From: a bacterium | GTDB lineage: Bacteria > Verrucomicrobiota > Verrucomicrobiia > Verrucomicrobiales > Akkermansiaceae | Length of the DNA: 64,000 bases | Assembly: GCA_018222765.1 (NCBI GenBank) | Contig: JAAEZT010000014.1 | Coordinates: 37,007-101,006, forward strand | Direction: 5' to 3' | Shown here: positions 26,433-36,756 of the stretch, in pieces | How the letters are laid out: each line of letters opens with the position of its first letter | How positions within the stretch are numbered: position 1 is the first letter of the stretch | Notes under the pieces: generated by a model | Seen by the model: the letters and a program-made list of their open reading frames with translations, nothing else | Database searches by the model: none | Told to the model about the DNA's origin: nothing | Made by a program: the position numbers and the translations under genes

Positions 26433-27835
26433 AAGTTTTTCTTTTTCTCTTCGTCGGTCTCGCTTCCCTCTCCGCACAGATCAAGCCACTCGTCGGCACC
26501 TATCTGGGCGACAACCAGCGGAATTTTTACGGTAACGTCGCGCCGTCAAAGCTCAGGGTGAAATGGAAAACCTACCTCGGATCAGGCAAGACCACCTTCG
26601 GCAATGGCGACACCCGCACTTGGAAGGGGGCAGGATGGACGGGACAGCCTTTGGTTATTCAGGAGGGAAAGGAACTCTACTTGATTCAGGGAACGCTCAG
26701 CCATCACGTCAAAAAAATCCGCGCTCGCGACGGCAAGGTGATTTGGTCCACAAGCGTCGGCGATGTCATTAAAGGAACCCCCACCTTCATGGATGTCGGT
26801 GGCCCGGCGGAGTCACGCTACGTCCTGATCGTGGGAAGCCGAAGCGGCTACGGCCAACATTGGCGGACTGGAACCGCGCATAGCTTGCATGGAATTTCCT
26901 ATCTGAGTGGAAAAATTCTTTGGCGTCACAATAGTGTCGCGACCGCCTCGAATAGCCGCGACGTCGATGCCTCGGCAATCGATTTAGGAGGGAAGGCCGC
27001 AATTCCATTGGAGAATGGATTTTTTACGGTTTTCTCACCTGATGCCCGCAAGGCTTCCGGAAAGGCGGGCTTCCCGACCCCCAAGATCTATAAACAGATG
27101 AAGCTGTTCAAGGAGAGTGACCGTCAGCTTTATCGTAGTGAGCTTTGTTGTGAATCATCACCAACCGTCTATCGGGGGACAGCTTACATTGCGGCCGGAG
27201 TGGGTCGGGTCTATGCCTGTGGATTTGGATTTTTCGGCGGACTTGGTTGGAGCCTCGATGTCGGAGGCGACCTCAATGGCACCATGCCGCTGACCAATGA
27301 CGACCACCTCCTGCTAGGCATCGAAAAGCAGTTCATCAACGGCCGTGGGGGCGTGATGAAATTCAAACCCAAGGGCGGCGTGAAGTGGTATCACCCGCTT
27401 CCCGATCGTAAATGGTATACTTGGAATGGTGGATTAGTCGGTAGTCCCGCTGTGAACCACCGTTACCAATCGGATGTTTCCAAAGACCTCGCTTGCTTCG
27501 TCGGAATCGATGGGGTTTTGACTCTCATTAATCACAAGCAAGTGCAGCCCGGGGTCGTGGCACCCGGCCCACGTGGCCTGAAGCAATATCCCACCCCGCT
27601 TGTTCTGGATCGGGTGGAACTTCCTCAGGGTTCGATTTCCACTCCACTTTTCGTCGGAAACAAAATCATCGTCGGCTACGACAATGGCATGGATCTCTAC
27701 GAGGTCACTCCCGCTGGCAAACTCCAGCGACTCGACCGCCTCAGTGGGCCCATGTTCGATGCCACTCCGATCGTCTGGAACGGTCGAGTCTATGCCGGCT
27801 CCAAGAACGGAAATCTCTATTGCCTCGGGAACTAA
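26429..27835 (+). CDS. PQQ-like / BamB-like beta-propeller repeat protein, secreted
   Basis: 468 aa with signal peptide MKVFLFLFVGLASLSAQ. The ATG overlaps the upstream stop (ATGA). It has repeated G-x-V/I-W and ...Y(A/C)(G/L)..(N)G.LY.. propeller-blade endings. Confidence 0.65.
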   Translation: MKVFLFLFVGLASLSAQIKPLVGTYLGDNQRNFYGNVAPSKLRVKWKTYLGSGKTTFGNGDTRTWKGAGWTGQPLVIQEGKELYLIQGTLSHHVKKIRARDGKVIWSTSVGDVIKGTPTFMDVGGPAESRYVLIVGSRSGYGQHWRTGTAHSLHGISYLSGKILWRHNSVATASNSRDVDASAIDLGGKAAIPLENGFFTVFSPDARKASGKAGFPTPKIYKQMKLFKESDRQLYRSELCCESSPTVYRGTAYIAAGVGRVYACGFGFFGGLGWSLDVGGDLNGTMPLTNDDHLLLGIEKQFINGRGGVMKFKPKGGVKWYHPLPDRKWYTWNGGLVGSPAVNHRYQSDVSKDLACFVGIDGVLTLINHKQVQPGVVAPGPRGLKQYPTPLVLDRVELPQGSISTPLFVGNKIIVGYDNGMDLYEVTPAGKLQRLDRLSGPMFDATPIVWNGRVYAGSKNGNLYCLGN

Positions 27836-28068
27836 GGGCGCTACTCGAGATCAGAAAAGACCGTTCCGCGGTCCCCTAACCGAGATTTTTTTATTTTTGG
27901 CGTAGGCCATGGTGGCGGTTTCGCGGATTTCTTTTTCCATTGCGAAGCCAAACCTCCAGAGCGTCGTGGAAAAAAGAAGGACCCTTTTCATTGTTTCAGG
28001 AAGTGTTGCCTATAAACTCTATTATCTCAGGGCTTGGAGCTTTTTGAAAATGGTGCACCCTGTCTCCA

Positions 28069-29913
28069 GTGACTTTTCTCGCTTATCTTGCCTTCCTTCT
28101 ACTTCTTGGCGTCGTTGCTCAGTGGACCGCCTGGAGATTGAAACTTCCCTCTATTCTTCTCCTTCTCGTCTTTGGTTTTGCGCTGTCTCAATTTACTGGG
28201 ACGCGTATCGATGATTATCTCGCCAACGAATCGGCGCTGCTGAGTTTGGTGGGATTTTTTGTGGCGGTCATTCTTTTCGAAGGAGGCCTGACCTTGAAAA
28301 TCTCGGAACTTAAGGAAGCCGGAACGCCGGTCTTTCGTCTTTGCACCATTGCGGTGGTGATCGCGTTCGGGCTGACCACCGTCGCGGCCCGGGTGAGCCT
28401 TGGATATCATTGGCAAATTTGCGCGCTTCTCGGAGCAATTCTTGTCGTGACCGGCCCGACGGTGGTGGCGCCGCTTCTTCGCCTCATCAAACCCCGCCGC
28501 AAGGTGGCGTCGATTGTGAAATGGGAGGGCATTGTCGTCGATCCCATCGGTGCCGTTCTCGCTGTGCTCGTGTTCATCATTATCCAGCAAGGCGGACTGG
28601 AACAGGGCTGGGATAATGCGGCCATGGCAATTTTCAAGACCGTTGTAATCGGCATCGGAGTCGGCTGGTCGCTCGCCAAGCTCACGGAGTATCTCATGGC
28701 GGAGCATCTCATTCCGGACTTTCTCGAAACGATGTTTTTCCTGGCCCTCATTGGGGTCGCCTTCGCGGGATCAAATGCCTTGCAGCATGAATCCGGGCTC
28801 CTCACCGTGACCGTGATGGGTGTGGCCCTGGCCAATCAAAAACGGGTCTCGGTTCGTCATATTCTAGAGTTCAAAGAAAACCTCCGCGTTCTCATCATCT
28901 CGCTGCTCTTCCTCATGCTTTCCGGGCGAATCGGGCTCGATGAACTTCAAGCGGTCTGGAAGAAGGGCCTCTTCTTCCTCGCTCTCCTCATTCTCGTGGT
29001 GCGACCGATCTCAGTGTTTCTCTCTAATCTTGGCTCGAACAAAACCTCTTTTCGAGAGCAGCTCTTTCTCGCCTTGCTCGCTCCCCGTGGGATCGTGGCT
29101 GCGGCGGTGACTTCGGTTTTTGCGCTCGAGATCTTGCATACCGCCGAGCACCACCCGGACAATGAAACCTACGCTGCTTTGGCTGCTGAAGCGGGGGAAC
29201 TGGTGCCACTTGTATTTATCGTCATTTTTGGAACGGTGACCTTTTATGGACTCCTCGCCGCGCCTTTGGCCCGCCGACTTGGTCTTTCCGATGGCAACCC
29301 GACCGGCATTCTTTTTGCCGGTGCCAATTCCTGGATCCGAGTGGTTGCCAAGGGGCTCGTTGCCGAAGGGCATCAAGTGCTTCTCCTTGATACCCAATAC
29401 GAAAACATCGCCGCCGCCCGTCTTGATGGACTCCGAGCGGTGCGGGCTAATATACTTTCCGAATATGCCGAAGAAGAAATCGATCTCTCCGGCCTTGGTC
29501 ATCTCGTTGCAGCAACCCCCAACAACGAAGTGAACTCGCTCGCGGCTCAGGAGTTTCAGCACCACTTTGGAAAAGCCAAGGTCTGGCAAATCACTCCGCA
29601 GGACGTCGACGCCCATCATTCCAAAGCCGTTGCCAATCACATGCGCGGACGGTTCTGTTTCTTCGGCGGCCCCAAGCTCCGGGACCTCGGCGTGCTCGTT
29701 GCGAAAGGAGCGGTCATGAAAGCGACCCAACTCACCGAGAAATTCACTCTCGATGATTTCCGTGAGACTCACGGCGACGATGCCCTCATTCTCTTCCAGT
29801 CCGACGAAGAAAAAGGCCTCCGTCCCATCATGGCAGATGCCGAAGACATTGAGGGGCCGACGACCATTCTATCCTTGGTTTTGGAAAAAGAAGACCCCAC
29901 ACCAGCAGGATGA
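28069..29913 (+). CDS. Cation:proton antiporter (CPA1, NhaP-type Na+/H+ exchanger) with a C-terminal cytoplasmic domain
   Basis: GTG start. About 12 TM helices with blocks typical of the Na+/H+ exchanger family (FEGGLTL, LLGAILVVTGPTVV, LAPRGIVAAAVTS). A Rossmann-like tail follows (ILFAGANSWIRVVAKGLVAEGHQVLLLD). Confidence 0.8.
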   Translation: MTFLAYLAFLLLLGVVAQWTAWRLKLPSILLLLVFGFALSQFTGTRIDDYLANESALLSLVGFFVAVILFEGGLTLKISELKEAGTPVFRLCTIAVVIAFGLTTVAARVSLGYHWQICALLGAILVVTGPTVVAPLLRLIKPRRKVASIVKWEGIVVDPIGAVLAVLVFIIIQQGGLEQGWDNAAMAIFKTVVIGIGVGWSLAKLTEYLMAEHLIPDFLETMFFLALIGVAFAGSNALQHESGLLTVTVMGVALANQKRVSVRHILEFKENLRVLIISLLFLMLSGRIGLDELQAVWKKGLFFLALLILVVRPISVFLSNLGSNKTSFREQLFLALLAPRGIVAAAVTSVFALEILHTAEHHPDNETYAALAAEAGELVPLVFIVIFGTVTFYGLLAAPLARRLGLSDGNPTGILFAGANSWIRVVAKGLVAEGHQVLLLDTQYENIAAARLDGLRAVRANILSEYAEEEIDLSGLGHLVAATPNNEVNSLAAQEFQHHFGKAKVWQITPQDVDAHHSKAVANHMRGRFCFFGGPKLRDLGVLVAKGAVMKATQLTEKFTLDDFRETHGDDALILFQSDEEKGLRPIMADAEDIEGPTTILSLVLEKEDPTPAG

Positions 29914-30653
29914 ATTCCGGATACCACGGCCTCGAAGCCCTCTGGCACGACCTCTTCTGGGAAGCCGAAGAAGCTCCCAGCGAGATTCATCTCATCGATG
30001 ATTTCTTACGCGATCACGATGGAACGTCTCTCTACGTTGGCAGCGGTTCCGGGCGGCTTTTGGGACCTCTGATTGCAGCGGGGCATCGGCTCACCGGATT
30101 GGAGATCTCCCCAGAGATGGTCGCGCTTTCCCGCGAGAGCTTTCCGGACGTTTCCGTTATTGAATCTTCCTGGCAGGAGCACGAGGCTGATGAGAAATAT
30201 TCTTCCATCCTCATTCCCGCGTTTACCTTTCAGCTTTTCCCCGATCCGCAAAAGCAGCTCCAGCGCCTTCGCGCGCAAACGGATTATCTTTATCTCACTC
30301 TCTTTTTTCCATGGGCCGAAGTGACGGGAGATCTTCCGCAGAACGAATGGTATTTTGATCGTGCCATTCGACTCCCTACTGGGGAAATGGGCGAGCTCGA
30401 GACTCGTCACAAGATCAAGGAGTCTTCCGGCTCCCTGACCCGGAGGCACCGCTACACCCTCAAAGACAAATCAGGGAGTGTTGTTCGGGAGGAAATCACG
30501 GAACAGGCCCTGCGCTTCTTCCCCGACGCCTCCCTCAAAAAACTCCTCAAGAACACTGGTTGGGAAATTGAGAAAGAGATCTACAACCTAGGGGAGTCAG
30601 AAGAGGAAGATTTGGTCTACGTAGCGACGATGCATCTTCGTGGCTCTGCGTGA
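29910..30653 (+). CDS. Class I SAM-dependent methyltransferase
   Basis: 247 aa. The ATG overlaps the antiporter stop. Motif I is LYVGSGSGRLLGPLIAAGHRLTGLEISPEMV. Confidence 0.7.
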   Translation: MNSGYHGLEALWHDLFWEAEEAPSEIHLIDDFLRDHDGTSLYVGSGSGRLLGPLIAAGHRLTGLEISPEMVALSRESFPDVSVIESSWQEHEADEKYSSILIPAFTFQLFPDPQKQLQRLRAQTDYLYLTLFFPWAEVTGDLPQNEWYFDRAIRLPTGEMGELETRHKIKESSGSLTRRHRYTLKDKSGSVVREEITEQALRFFPDASLKKLLKNTGWEIEKEIYNLGESEEEDLVYVATMHLRGSA

Positions 30654-30716
30654 GGCCTGATTCCCCCCATCCTTGACCTTTTCGCCCTCTCTGCCTAGCG
30701 TCCCGCCTCTAGCGCT

Positions 30717-33437
30717 ATGAGCACTCCAGAAGGTAAATCCTACAAAGACACCCTGTTCCTGCCCAAGACAGATTTCCCCATGAAGGGAAACCTGACGGTC
30801 CGGGAGCCGGCTCGACTCGAAAAGTGGAATTCTGAAGGTCTCTATTCGCGAATTATTGCCAAGCGTAAGGCCGAAGGCGCCCCGCGCTTCATCCTCCATG
30901 ACGGCCCTCCCTTTGCCAATGGCGACGTCCACATGGGCACTGGCCTGAACAAGGTTCTCAAGGACTTCGTGGTGAAATCCAAAACGATGGCGGGCTTCGA
31001 AACCCCCTACATCCCGGGCTGGGATTGCCACGGACTACCCATCGAATTTAAGGTGATGCAGGGCGACGATGCCCGCGACGTCGAGCCCGCCGAAATCCGC
31101 CGCCGCTGCGAAACCTTCGCTCGCGGATGGATCGATACCCAGCGCGAGTCCTTTAAGCGCCTCGGCGTCTTTGGTGATTGGGACAACCCCTACCTCACTC
31201 TCGATCCCGGCTACGAAGCCAACATCATCCGCACCTTCGCGGCTCTCATCGAGAAAGGCTGCGTCTATCAGTCGAAAAAACCCGTTCAGTGGTCCTACGG
31301 TGCCAAGACCGCACTCGCAGAAGCGGAGGTGGAATATCAGGAGAAGAAGTCGACTGCGGTCTTCGTGAATTTTGATCTCGCGGACACTCCCGATTCTGTT
31401 CCCGCCGGTGCTTCCATCGCGATCTGGACCACTACTCCGTGGACTCTTCCCGCCAACCTCGGCATCGCGGTGCACGAGCGCTTCGTCTACACCATCGGAA
31501 AATACTCGAATGGCAAAACCATCATCGTGGCCCGCGATCTCCTCTCCGAGTTTCAGGAGAAGACCGGCCTAACCCTTGAAGAAGATCTTGGTGAGGTCAA
31601 AGGCTCCGAGCTCGAGGGTCACCAGGCCCAGCACCCATTCCTCGATCGCACTTCGAAGATCATCCTTGCTCCTTTCGTCACCACCGAATCCGGAACCGGC
31701 GCGGTGCACATCGCTCCCGGTCACGGTGCGGACGACTACGTGGTCGGCCAGCAGAATGGACTCGATGTTCTCAGCCCGGTTGACGACGACGGTAAGTTCA
31801 CCGACGAATGCGGCCTGCCTGATCTCGTCGGCGTGCACGTCTTCAAGGCGAACCAATCCATCGTCGAATTGCTCCAGGAAAAAGGCGCACTGCTCGGGGA
31901 GGAAACCTACGAGCACAGCTACCCGCATTGCTGGCGTTCCAAGACCCCCATCATCTTCCGCGCGGTCGAGCAGTTCTTCATCTCTATTGATCAACTCCGC
32001 GAAAAAGCGCTCAGCGAAATCGATGAAGTCGAGTGGCTTCCCAAGTGGGGCCGCAACCGCATCTATGGCACTGTCGAGGCCCGTCCCGACTGGTGTATCT
32101 CCCGTCAGCGCACTTGGGGCGTTCCGCTTCCGGTCTTTTTCGACAAAGACGGCGGGCCCATTGTCTCCGCCGAGTTGGCCAAGAAAGTCGCCGACCTCGT
32201 CGAGAAAGAAGGCACCAACGTTTGGTTCGAAAAATCCGACGCCGAACTCGCCGAGCTCTTCGGCCTTCCCGAAGGTTCTACGAAGTGCCGCGACACCCTC
32301 GACGTTTGGATCGACTCCGGTTCCAGCCACGTCGCCGTGATGGATGCTCATCCCGAACTCAGCTGCCCGGCCGACCTCTACCTCGAGGCTACCGACCAGC
32401 ACCGCGGATGGTTCCAAAGCTCGCTCATGCTCTCCGTCGGAGTGCGTGACAAGGCTCCTTACAAAACGGTTCTCACCCACGGCTTCGTTGTCGATACCGA
32501 GACTGGAAAGAAGACTTCCAAATCCGACGCCAAGAAAAAGGGTAAGCCCACCGACGCTGCGCACTTCTACAACAAGTACGGCGCCGACATTCTCCGCCTT
32601 TGGGTTTCCTCTGTCGATTGGCAGAATGAAGTGCCTTTCAGCGAAGCTCTCTTTACCCAAGTCAGCCAGCCTTACCGCCAGTTCCGGAACACCTTCAAGA
32701 TCCTTCTGGGCAATATGCGCGACGAACAAGTCAGCGAGCCTGCTGAACTTCCCCTGATCGACCAGTGGATTATGGAACGCCTTCAAGTCGTGATTGGTGA
32801 AGTAAGAGAGGCCTACGAAAAGTATGACTTTCGCAAAGTCTTCTCAACGATGAGTCAGTTCGCTTCTTCCGATCTGAGCGCCCACTACATCGATATCACC
32901 AAGGACCGCCTCTACTGCGATGCGAAGGGTTCCGAGCGCCGCAAGGCGAGTGTTTGGGTAATGGGTCAGATCTTCGATGCTCTGGTTAAACTCCTCGCGC
33001 CTGTTCTCGCCTACACCGCCGAGGAGGCTTGGGAACACGCCGGGCGCGAAGGCAGCATTCACGAACAGGATTTCCCCAAAGTAAATGCCAAATACGCTGG
33101 GACCGAAGCCACCGACAAAGTGGCCAAACTTCTCGAAGTGAAAGCCGTCATGCAGACTGCGATTGAGGAGAAGGTACAAGCCAAGGAGTTCAAGAAGAAC
33201 AACGAAGCCAACGTCCTCCTCTCAGTTCCCGCGAATCATCCCTCGCTCGAACTTCTCAAGGATTCGGAGTTCGCCAAAGAGTTCTTTATCGTCAGTGAAC
33301 TGAACGTGGTCGAAGGAGAAGCGCTCGCCGCGACGGTATCTGCCACCGGTTATCAAATGTGCCCCCGCTGCCGTCGCTACGAGCCCGCCGTCAACGACGA
33401 AGGACTCTGCCAACGCTGCGCAGATGCAGTGTCCTGA
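30717..33437 (+). CDS. ileS: Isoleucine--tRNA ligase
   Basis: 906 aa. The HIGH-type motif is PPFANGDVHMGTGLNKVLKDF and the KMSKS-type motif is GKKTSKS. IleRS-typical blocks are GWDCHGLPIE and CWRSKTPIIFRAVEQFF. A C-terminal Zn-finger reads CPRCRRY...CQRC. Confidence 0.9.
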   Translation: MSTPEGKSYKDTLFLPKTDFPMKGNLTVREPARLEKWNSEGLYSRIIAKRKAEGAPRFILHDGPPFANGDVHMGTGLNKVLKDFVVKSKTMAGFETPYIPGWDCHGLPIEFKVMQGDDARDVEPAEIRRRCETFARGWIDTQRESFKRLGVFGDWDNPYLTLDPGYEANIIRTFAALIEKGCVYQSKKPVQWSYGAKTALAEAEVEYQEKKSTAVFVNFDLADTPDSVPAGASIAIWTTTPWTLPANLGIAVHERFVYTIGKYSNGKTIIVARDLLSEFQEKTGLTLEEDLGEVKGSELEGHQAQHPFLDRTSKIILAPFVTTESGTGAVHIAPGHGADDYVVGQQNGLDVLSPVDDDGKFTDECGLPDLVGVHVFKANQSIVELLQEKGALLGEETYEHSYPHCWRSKTPIIFRAVEQFFISIDQLREKALSEIDEVEWLPKWGRNRIYGTVEARPDWCISRQRTWGVPLPVFFDKDGGPIVSAELAKKVADLVEKEGTNVWFEKSDAELAELFGLPEGSTKCRDTLDVWIDSGSSHVAVMDAHPELSCPADLYLEATDQHRGWFQSSLMLSVGVRDKAPYKTVLTHGFVVDTETGKKTSKSDAKKKGKPTDAAHFYNKYGADILRLWVSSVDWQNEVPFSEALFTQVSQPYRQFRNTFKILLGNMRDEQVSEPAELPLIDQWIMERLQVVIGEVREAYEKYDFRKVFSTMSQFASSDLSAHYIDITKDRLYCDAKGSERRKASVWVMGQIFDALVKLLAPVLAYTAEEAWEHAGREGSIHEQDFPKVNAKYAGTEATDKVAKLLEVKAVMQTAIEEKVQAKEFKKNNEANVLLSVPANHPSLELLKDSEFAKEFFIVSELNVVEGEALAATVSATGYQMCPRCRRYEPAVNDEGLCQRCADAVS

Positions 33438-33476
33438 TTCGGAGTATGGGGTTCCAGCCTTTCGCCATTTAACTTC

Positions 33477-33507
33477 AAAAGCCGGAGCCTATTGCCCCGG
33501 CTTTTTT
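33477..33507. terminator. Bidirectional Rho-independent terminator between ileS and the convergent sulfatase gene
   Basis: AAAAGCCGG-(11-nt loop)-CCGGCTTTTTT: a GC stem flanked by an A-run upstream and a T-run downstream. Confidence 0.7.
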
Positions 33508-33566
33508 CTCTGATCCAAAGTTTGACCGAGTATGGACCTTCGTCAGGGTTTGATAGGGAAAGCGCT

Positions 33567-35006
33567 CTATCGATCCCGCCTCTTGGTCTCTTTGTAGATT
33601 TTCTGGAATCCGGGGTATTTTTTCCATTCTGCAAAACGTTTTTGGTAGCGCTTGTCGGAGGTCCAGAATTTGGGTTGGGGGACGGAGTCGGGATCGAAGT
33701 CCTCGGGATAGTCTTTGCCAGCGATGCTGTCTTCGACAGATTGATACCACTTGAGGTAGTGGACGGTCATCTTTTGGAATTGTTCTGTTGATTCTTTGGA
33801 GATGTCCTTGGTTTCACCGGGGTCGGTGGCGAGATCGTAGAGGGCGAATGTATTCTTCTGCACGTTCGAGGCGACCAACTTGAAGTTATTGTCGACGAGA
33901 GCTCCTTTGGTCTGGTAGCGGAAAGGGATGGCGTTTTCGCGTCTTTTGAGATCCTTGGTGAAGAGAGCTTTGAGTGATTCTCCGTCGACGGGTTTGAGAA
34001 AGCTATCTTGGGGAAGTTCGAGGAGGTCTGCGATGGTTGGGAAGATATCCATTGTGGAAGAGGGGTAGGAAGTGATGCGGGGTTTGATGCCGGAGGGCCA
34101 TTCGAGGATGGCGGGGACGCGTAGGCCGCCTTCGTAAACAGTGCCTTTGTTGCCACGGAGATTACCCACGGTGGTGGGCTTGATTTTTGGGAGGCCTCCA
34201 TTGTCGCTGCAAAACCAGACCAGAGTGTCGTCGGCTATTTTGAGATCGCGGAGGGTCTTGCGGAGGACCCCGACACTGCGGTCGAAGGCGACGAGCTCGG
34301 CGTAGTGTTTCTGGCTATTTTTATCGAGATCCTTAAAGGGTGCGATGTCTTCCACGCTTGCTTCGAATGGGGAGTGTGGCGATCCATCCCAGATTACAGC
34401 GAGGAAGGGCTTCTCGGCATCCTTTTGTTTTTTGATGAAGGAGAGGGCTTGGTTGACGATGATCTCAGACGAGTCGCCTTTGAATTGATGCACACCCTGG
34501 GCCGAGCCCATAAGCGGATCGAGATCGAAGAAGTTGGTCACGGTCATCCAAGTCTCGAATCCAAACCCTTTGGGGCCGTAGGGATCCTCGTCTAGAATGG
34601 GAGCCCCGGGACCACGAAGGCCGTTGAGGTGCCACTTTCCGAAGTGGCCGGTGGCGTAGCCTGCTTGCTTGAGAGCGGAGGCGATGGTTTTTTCCTGAAG
34701 CCGGAGGGCGTGCCCGTGACTGGGAACGCCGGTGCGGTTGTTGGCCCGGCCGGTGAGGACGGAGGCGCGAGTCGGAGAGCATACGGGAGCCCCGGCGTAG
34801 AAGCGATCGAAGCGTAGTCCATTGGCCGCCATGGCGTCGAGGTTGGGAGTCTTGAGAAGGGGATGCTTGTAGTAGCCGGTTTGCCCCCATCCCTGATCAT
34901 CGGTCATGATGAGGATGATGTTGGGCTTTGGGCTGGTCTGCGGCGGGCTTTGAGCCCAGAGCCACGGGCTTTGGAACAGGAGAAAAAAGAGGGTGAGAAA
35001 TTTCAT
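33567..35006 (-). CDS. Sulfatase (Cys-type)
   Basis: 479 aa with a signal peptide. Blocks are PNIILIMTDDQGW and PVCSPTRASVLTG (C-x-P-x-R). Confidence 0.85.
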   Translation of the reverse strand: MKFLTLFFLLFQSPWLWAQSPPQTSPKPNIILIMTDDQGWGQTGYYKHPLLKTPNLDAMAANGLRFDRFYAGAPVCSPTRASVLTGRANNRTGVPSHGHALRLQEKTIASALKQAGYATGHFGKWHLNGLRGPGAPILDEDPYGPKGFGFETWMTVTNFFDLDPLMGSAQGVHQFKGDSSEIIVNQALSFIKKQKDAEKPFLAVIWDGSPHSPFEASVEDIAPFKDLDKNSQKHYAELVAFDRSVGVLRKTLRDLKIADDTLVWFCSDNGGLPKIKPTTVGNLRGNKGTVYEGGLRVPAILEWPSGIKPRITSYPSSTMDIFPTIADLLELPQDSFLKPVDGESLKALFTKDLKRRENAIPFRYQTKGALVDNNFKLVASNVQKNTFALYDLATDPGETKDISKESTEQFQKMTVHYLKWYQSVEDSIAGKDYPEDFDPDSVPQPKFWTSDKRYQKRFAEWKKYPGFQKIYKETKRRDR

Positions 35007-35060
35007 TTTTTTAGCGAAGGTGAATGTTGAGCGCGGCAGAGAGATGTTAATTTTTTCAGG

Positions 35061-36581
35061 CTATCTGCCAATGCAGATCAGGTCCTGAATGGTGTGGGCA
35101 TAGGCTTTGCCATTGGCGAATGAAAGGCTGGCGCGGGAGTAGGATTTTCCGGCAAGGCCGAGGTCGTTGATGGCGACGATGGCATTTTCGTCGAGGGCTT
35201 TGGCTTTCCAGTTGATGACGTAAATCGTGCCGTTCATGACTGGCACGTAGAGGTGGTCGCCGGCGACACTGGGGGAGGGAGCTGCGACATGGCCCCAGCC
35301 ACTGCCTTTGGATCGCTTGTCTCCAAACACGACGAGGCCGCGGGAGTTCTTCATTTCGTTGGGGACGATGGTTTGAGTTTCGATCTTCTTCTTGGCGATA
35401 TCGAACCAGAGGAGTTGATCGTCTTGTCCGGGAGCTCGTGAAAGTTGAAGAGGCAGTTCGAGATACTCGACGGTGTGGGTATCGATATTGACCCGGCCCA
35501 ACAGGGGTTTCTTGTAGTGCCGGAAGTAGTTCCACTTTCCGACGAGGAGGTTGGAGGTCTGGGTGATGTTTCGACTTCCTGCTTTCTTGAGCGTTTTGGT
35601 TTCTGTCATTCGACTGCCTTTGTTCCAGGCGCACACCGGGACGTCCTTGATGATGGAAATCTGCTTGGCTATTTTTCCGGTAGCGGTATCCACGGAGAGG
35701 TGATTTGGGCCGTGGAAGAAATGCACCTGATCATTACGGATCCCAAAGCTCATCGTGGCGTTGAATTTTTCAAGAGGAAGAGTCCAGAGAGTCTTCCCGT
35801 TGTCGAGGTCGACCAGAGAAATCCCGTGGGGTTTTTCCGGTGGCCCGTGTCCGCCTCCGCGGCCGGTGACGACGACCTTGCGACCGTCGTTGAGCTTTTG
35901 AGGATTGACCGAAACACCCATGTTAATGCCGCATTCGGTGGTCCAGACAATCTTGCCGGTCTTGAAGTCGAGAGCTTGAAGCTGGGTCCACATTTCCTTT
36001 GGCGCATTGGCATACTTGTGAGGAAACTTTCCGTTTGGTTCCGGAGTATAGATTTGTCGGGTGAAGACAAATTTCCCGTCATGAAGGAAAGGAAGCCCTC
36101 GTCCAACGGTGAAGAATTCTTGTTTCCAAACCGGTTCGCCATCGATGGTGAAGCACGCGATGCCGGATGAGGCATTTGTGAAGACGACGTGTTCACCATC
36201 GGTGACGGCCGGTGGAGCGCTGCTGTCGCTGAAGCATCCGGAAAGCTTTAGGGGATGTTTGCCGATGATCCCTTTTTTCCAAAGGACCTTCCCGGTAGAG
36301 GCATCACAGCACCAAGCGATGATGTCCTTTCCGATCTCAGCATCGGATTCGAATGGCTTCAGGGTCGTGAAGAAAACTTTTCCGTTTGAAACGACCGGAG
36401 TGCTTTGGCCGGTTTCCGGAAGGGTGATTTTCCAGGCGATATTTTGATCAAGAGCGACACTCCATTTTGTTGGACCTGATTTCGGAGTTTGAAAATTTCC
36501 TCCGCCTCCACTGGCTTGCGGCCAATCATGGGCATGGAGTAGGCAGGTGCAGGCGAGAAGGGTTTGGAGAAAAATTTTCAT
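35061..36581 (-). CDS. Secreted PQQ-like beta-propeller repeat protein
   Basis: The listed ORF runs to 36836, but the ATG at 36581 begins MKIFLQTLLACTCLLHA (signal peptide). It has propeller-like repeats (...GKV(F/L)W..., ...DGKFVF..., ...NGTIYVINW...). It lies between two sulfatase genes. Confidence 0.7.
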   Translation of the reverse strand: MKIFLQTLLACTCLLHAHDWPQASGGGGNFQTPKSGPTKWSVALDQNIAWKITLPETGQSTPVVSNGKVFFTTLKPFESDAEIGKDIIAWCCDASTGKVLWKKGIIGKHPLKLSGCFSDSSAPPAVTDGEHVVFTNASSGIACFTIDGEPVWKQEFFTVGRGLPFLHDGKFVFTRQIYTPEPNGKFPHKYANAPKEMWTQLQALDFKTGKIVWTTECGINMGVSVNPQKLNDGRKVVVTGRGGGHGPPEKPHGISLVDLDNGKTLWTLPLEKFNATMSFGIRNDQVHFFHGPNHLSVDTATGKIAKQISIIKDVPVCAWNKGSRMTETKTLKKAGSRNITQTSNLLVGKWNYFRHYKKPLLGRVNIDTHTVEYLELPLQLSRAPGQDDQLLWFDIAKKKIETQTIVPNEMKNSRGLVVFGDKRSKGSGWGHVAAPSPSVAGDHLYVPVMNGTIYVINWKAKALDENAIVAINDLGLAGKSYSRASLSFANGKAYAHTIQDLICIGR

Positions 36582-36756
36582 GGAGTAGCTGAGGATTTGA
36601 ATACTCGATTCCAACGCCACCCGTATCAAGGATGTTTCCTGAGGGCTCGTCGGGGGTGAGGGTAGGTGAATGGTGGAGAAAGGTGGGTTCTGGTACGGAA
36701 TGTCGACTGTGTCGTTGACGTCTTTGGAGAAATCATTACGAGTCTCTGGTAAGAAT

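Noticed and set aside
31569-32786. 405-aa minus-strand ORF inside ileS. Similar long antisense or out-of-frame ORFs occur at 43759..44892 and 43947..44774 in carB, at 56750..57862 and 58358..59011 in the CotH gene, at 40989..41876 in the MDR gene, and at 9924..10718 and 10658..11335 across the haloperoxidase and redoxin genes.
   Set aside because: All lie opposite or out of frame to genes with strong family signatures. Their translations are low-complexity (G/V/E/D/R/P/S-rich) with no motifs, as expected for shadow ORFs in G+C-rich coding DNA.
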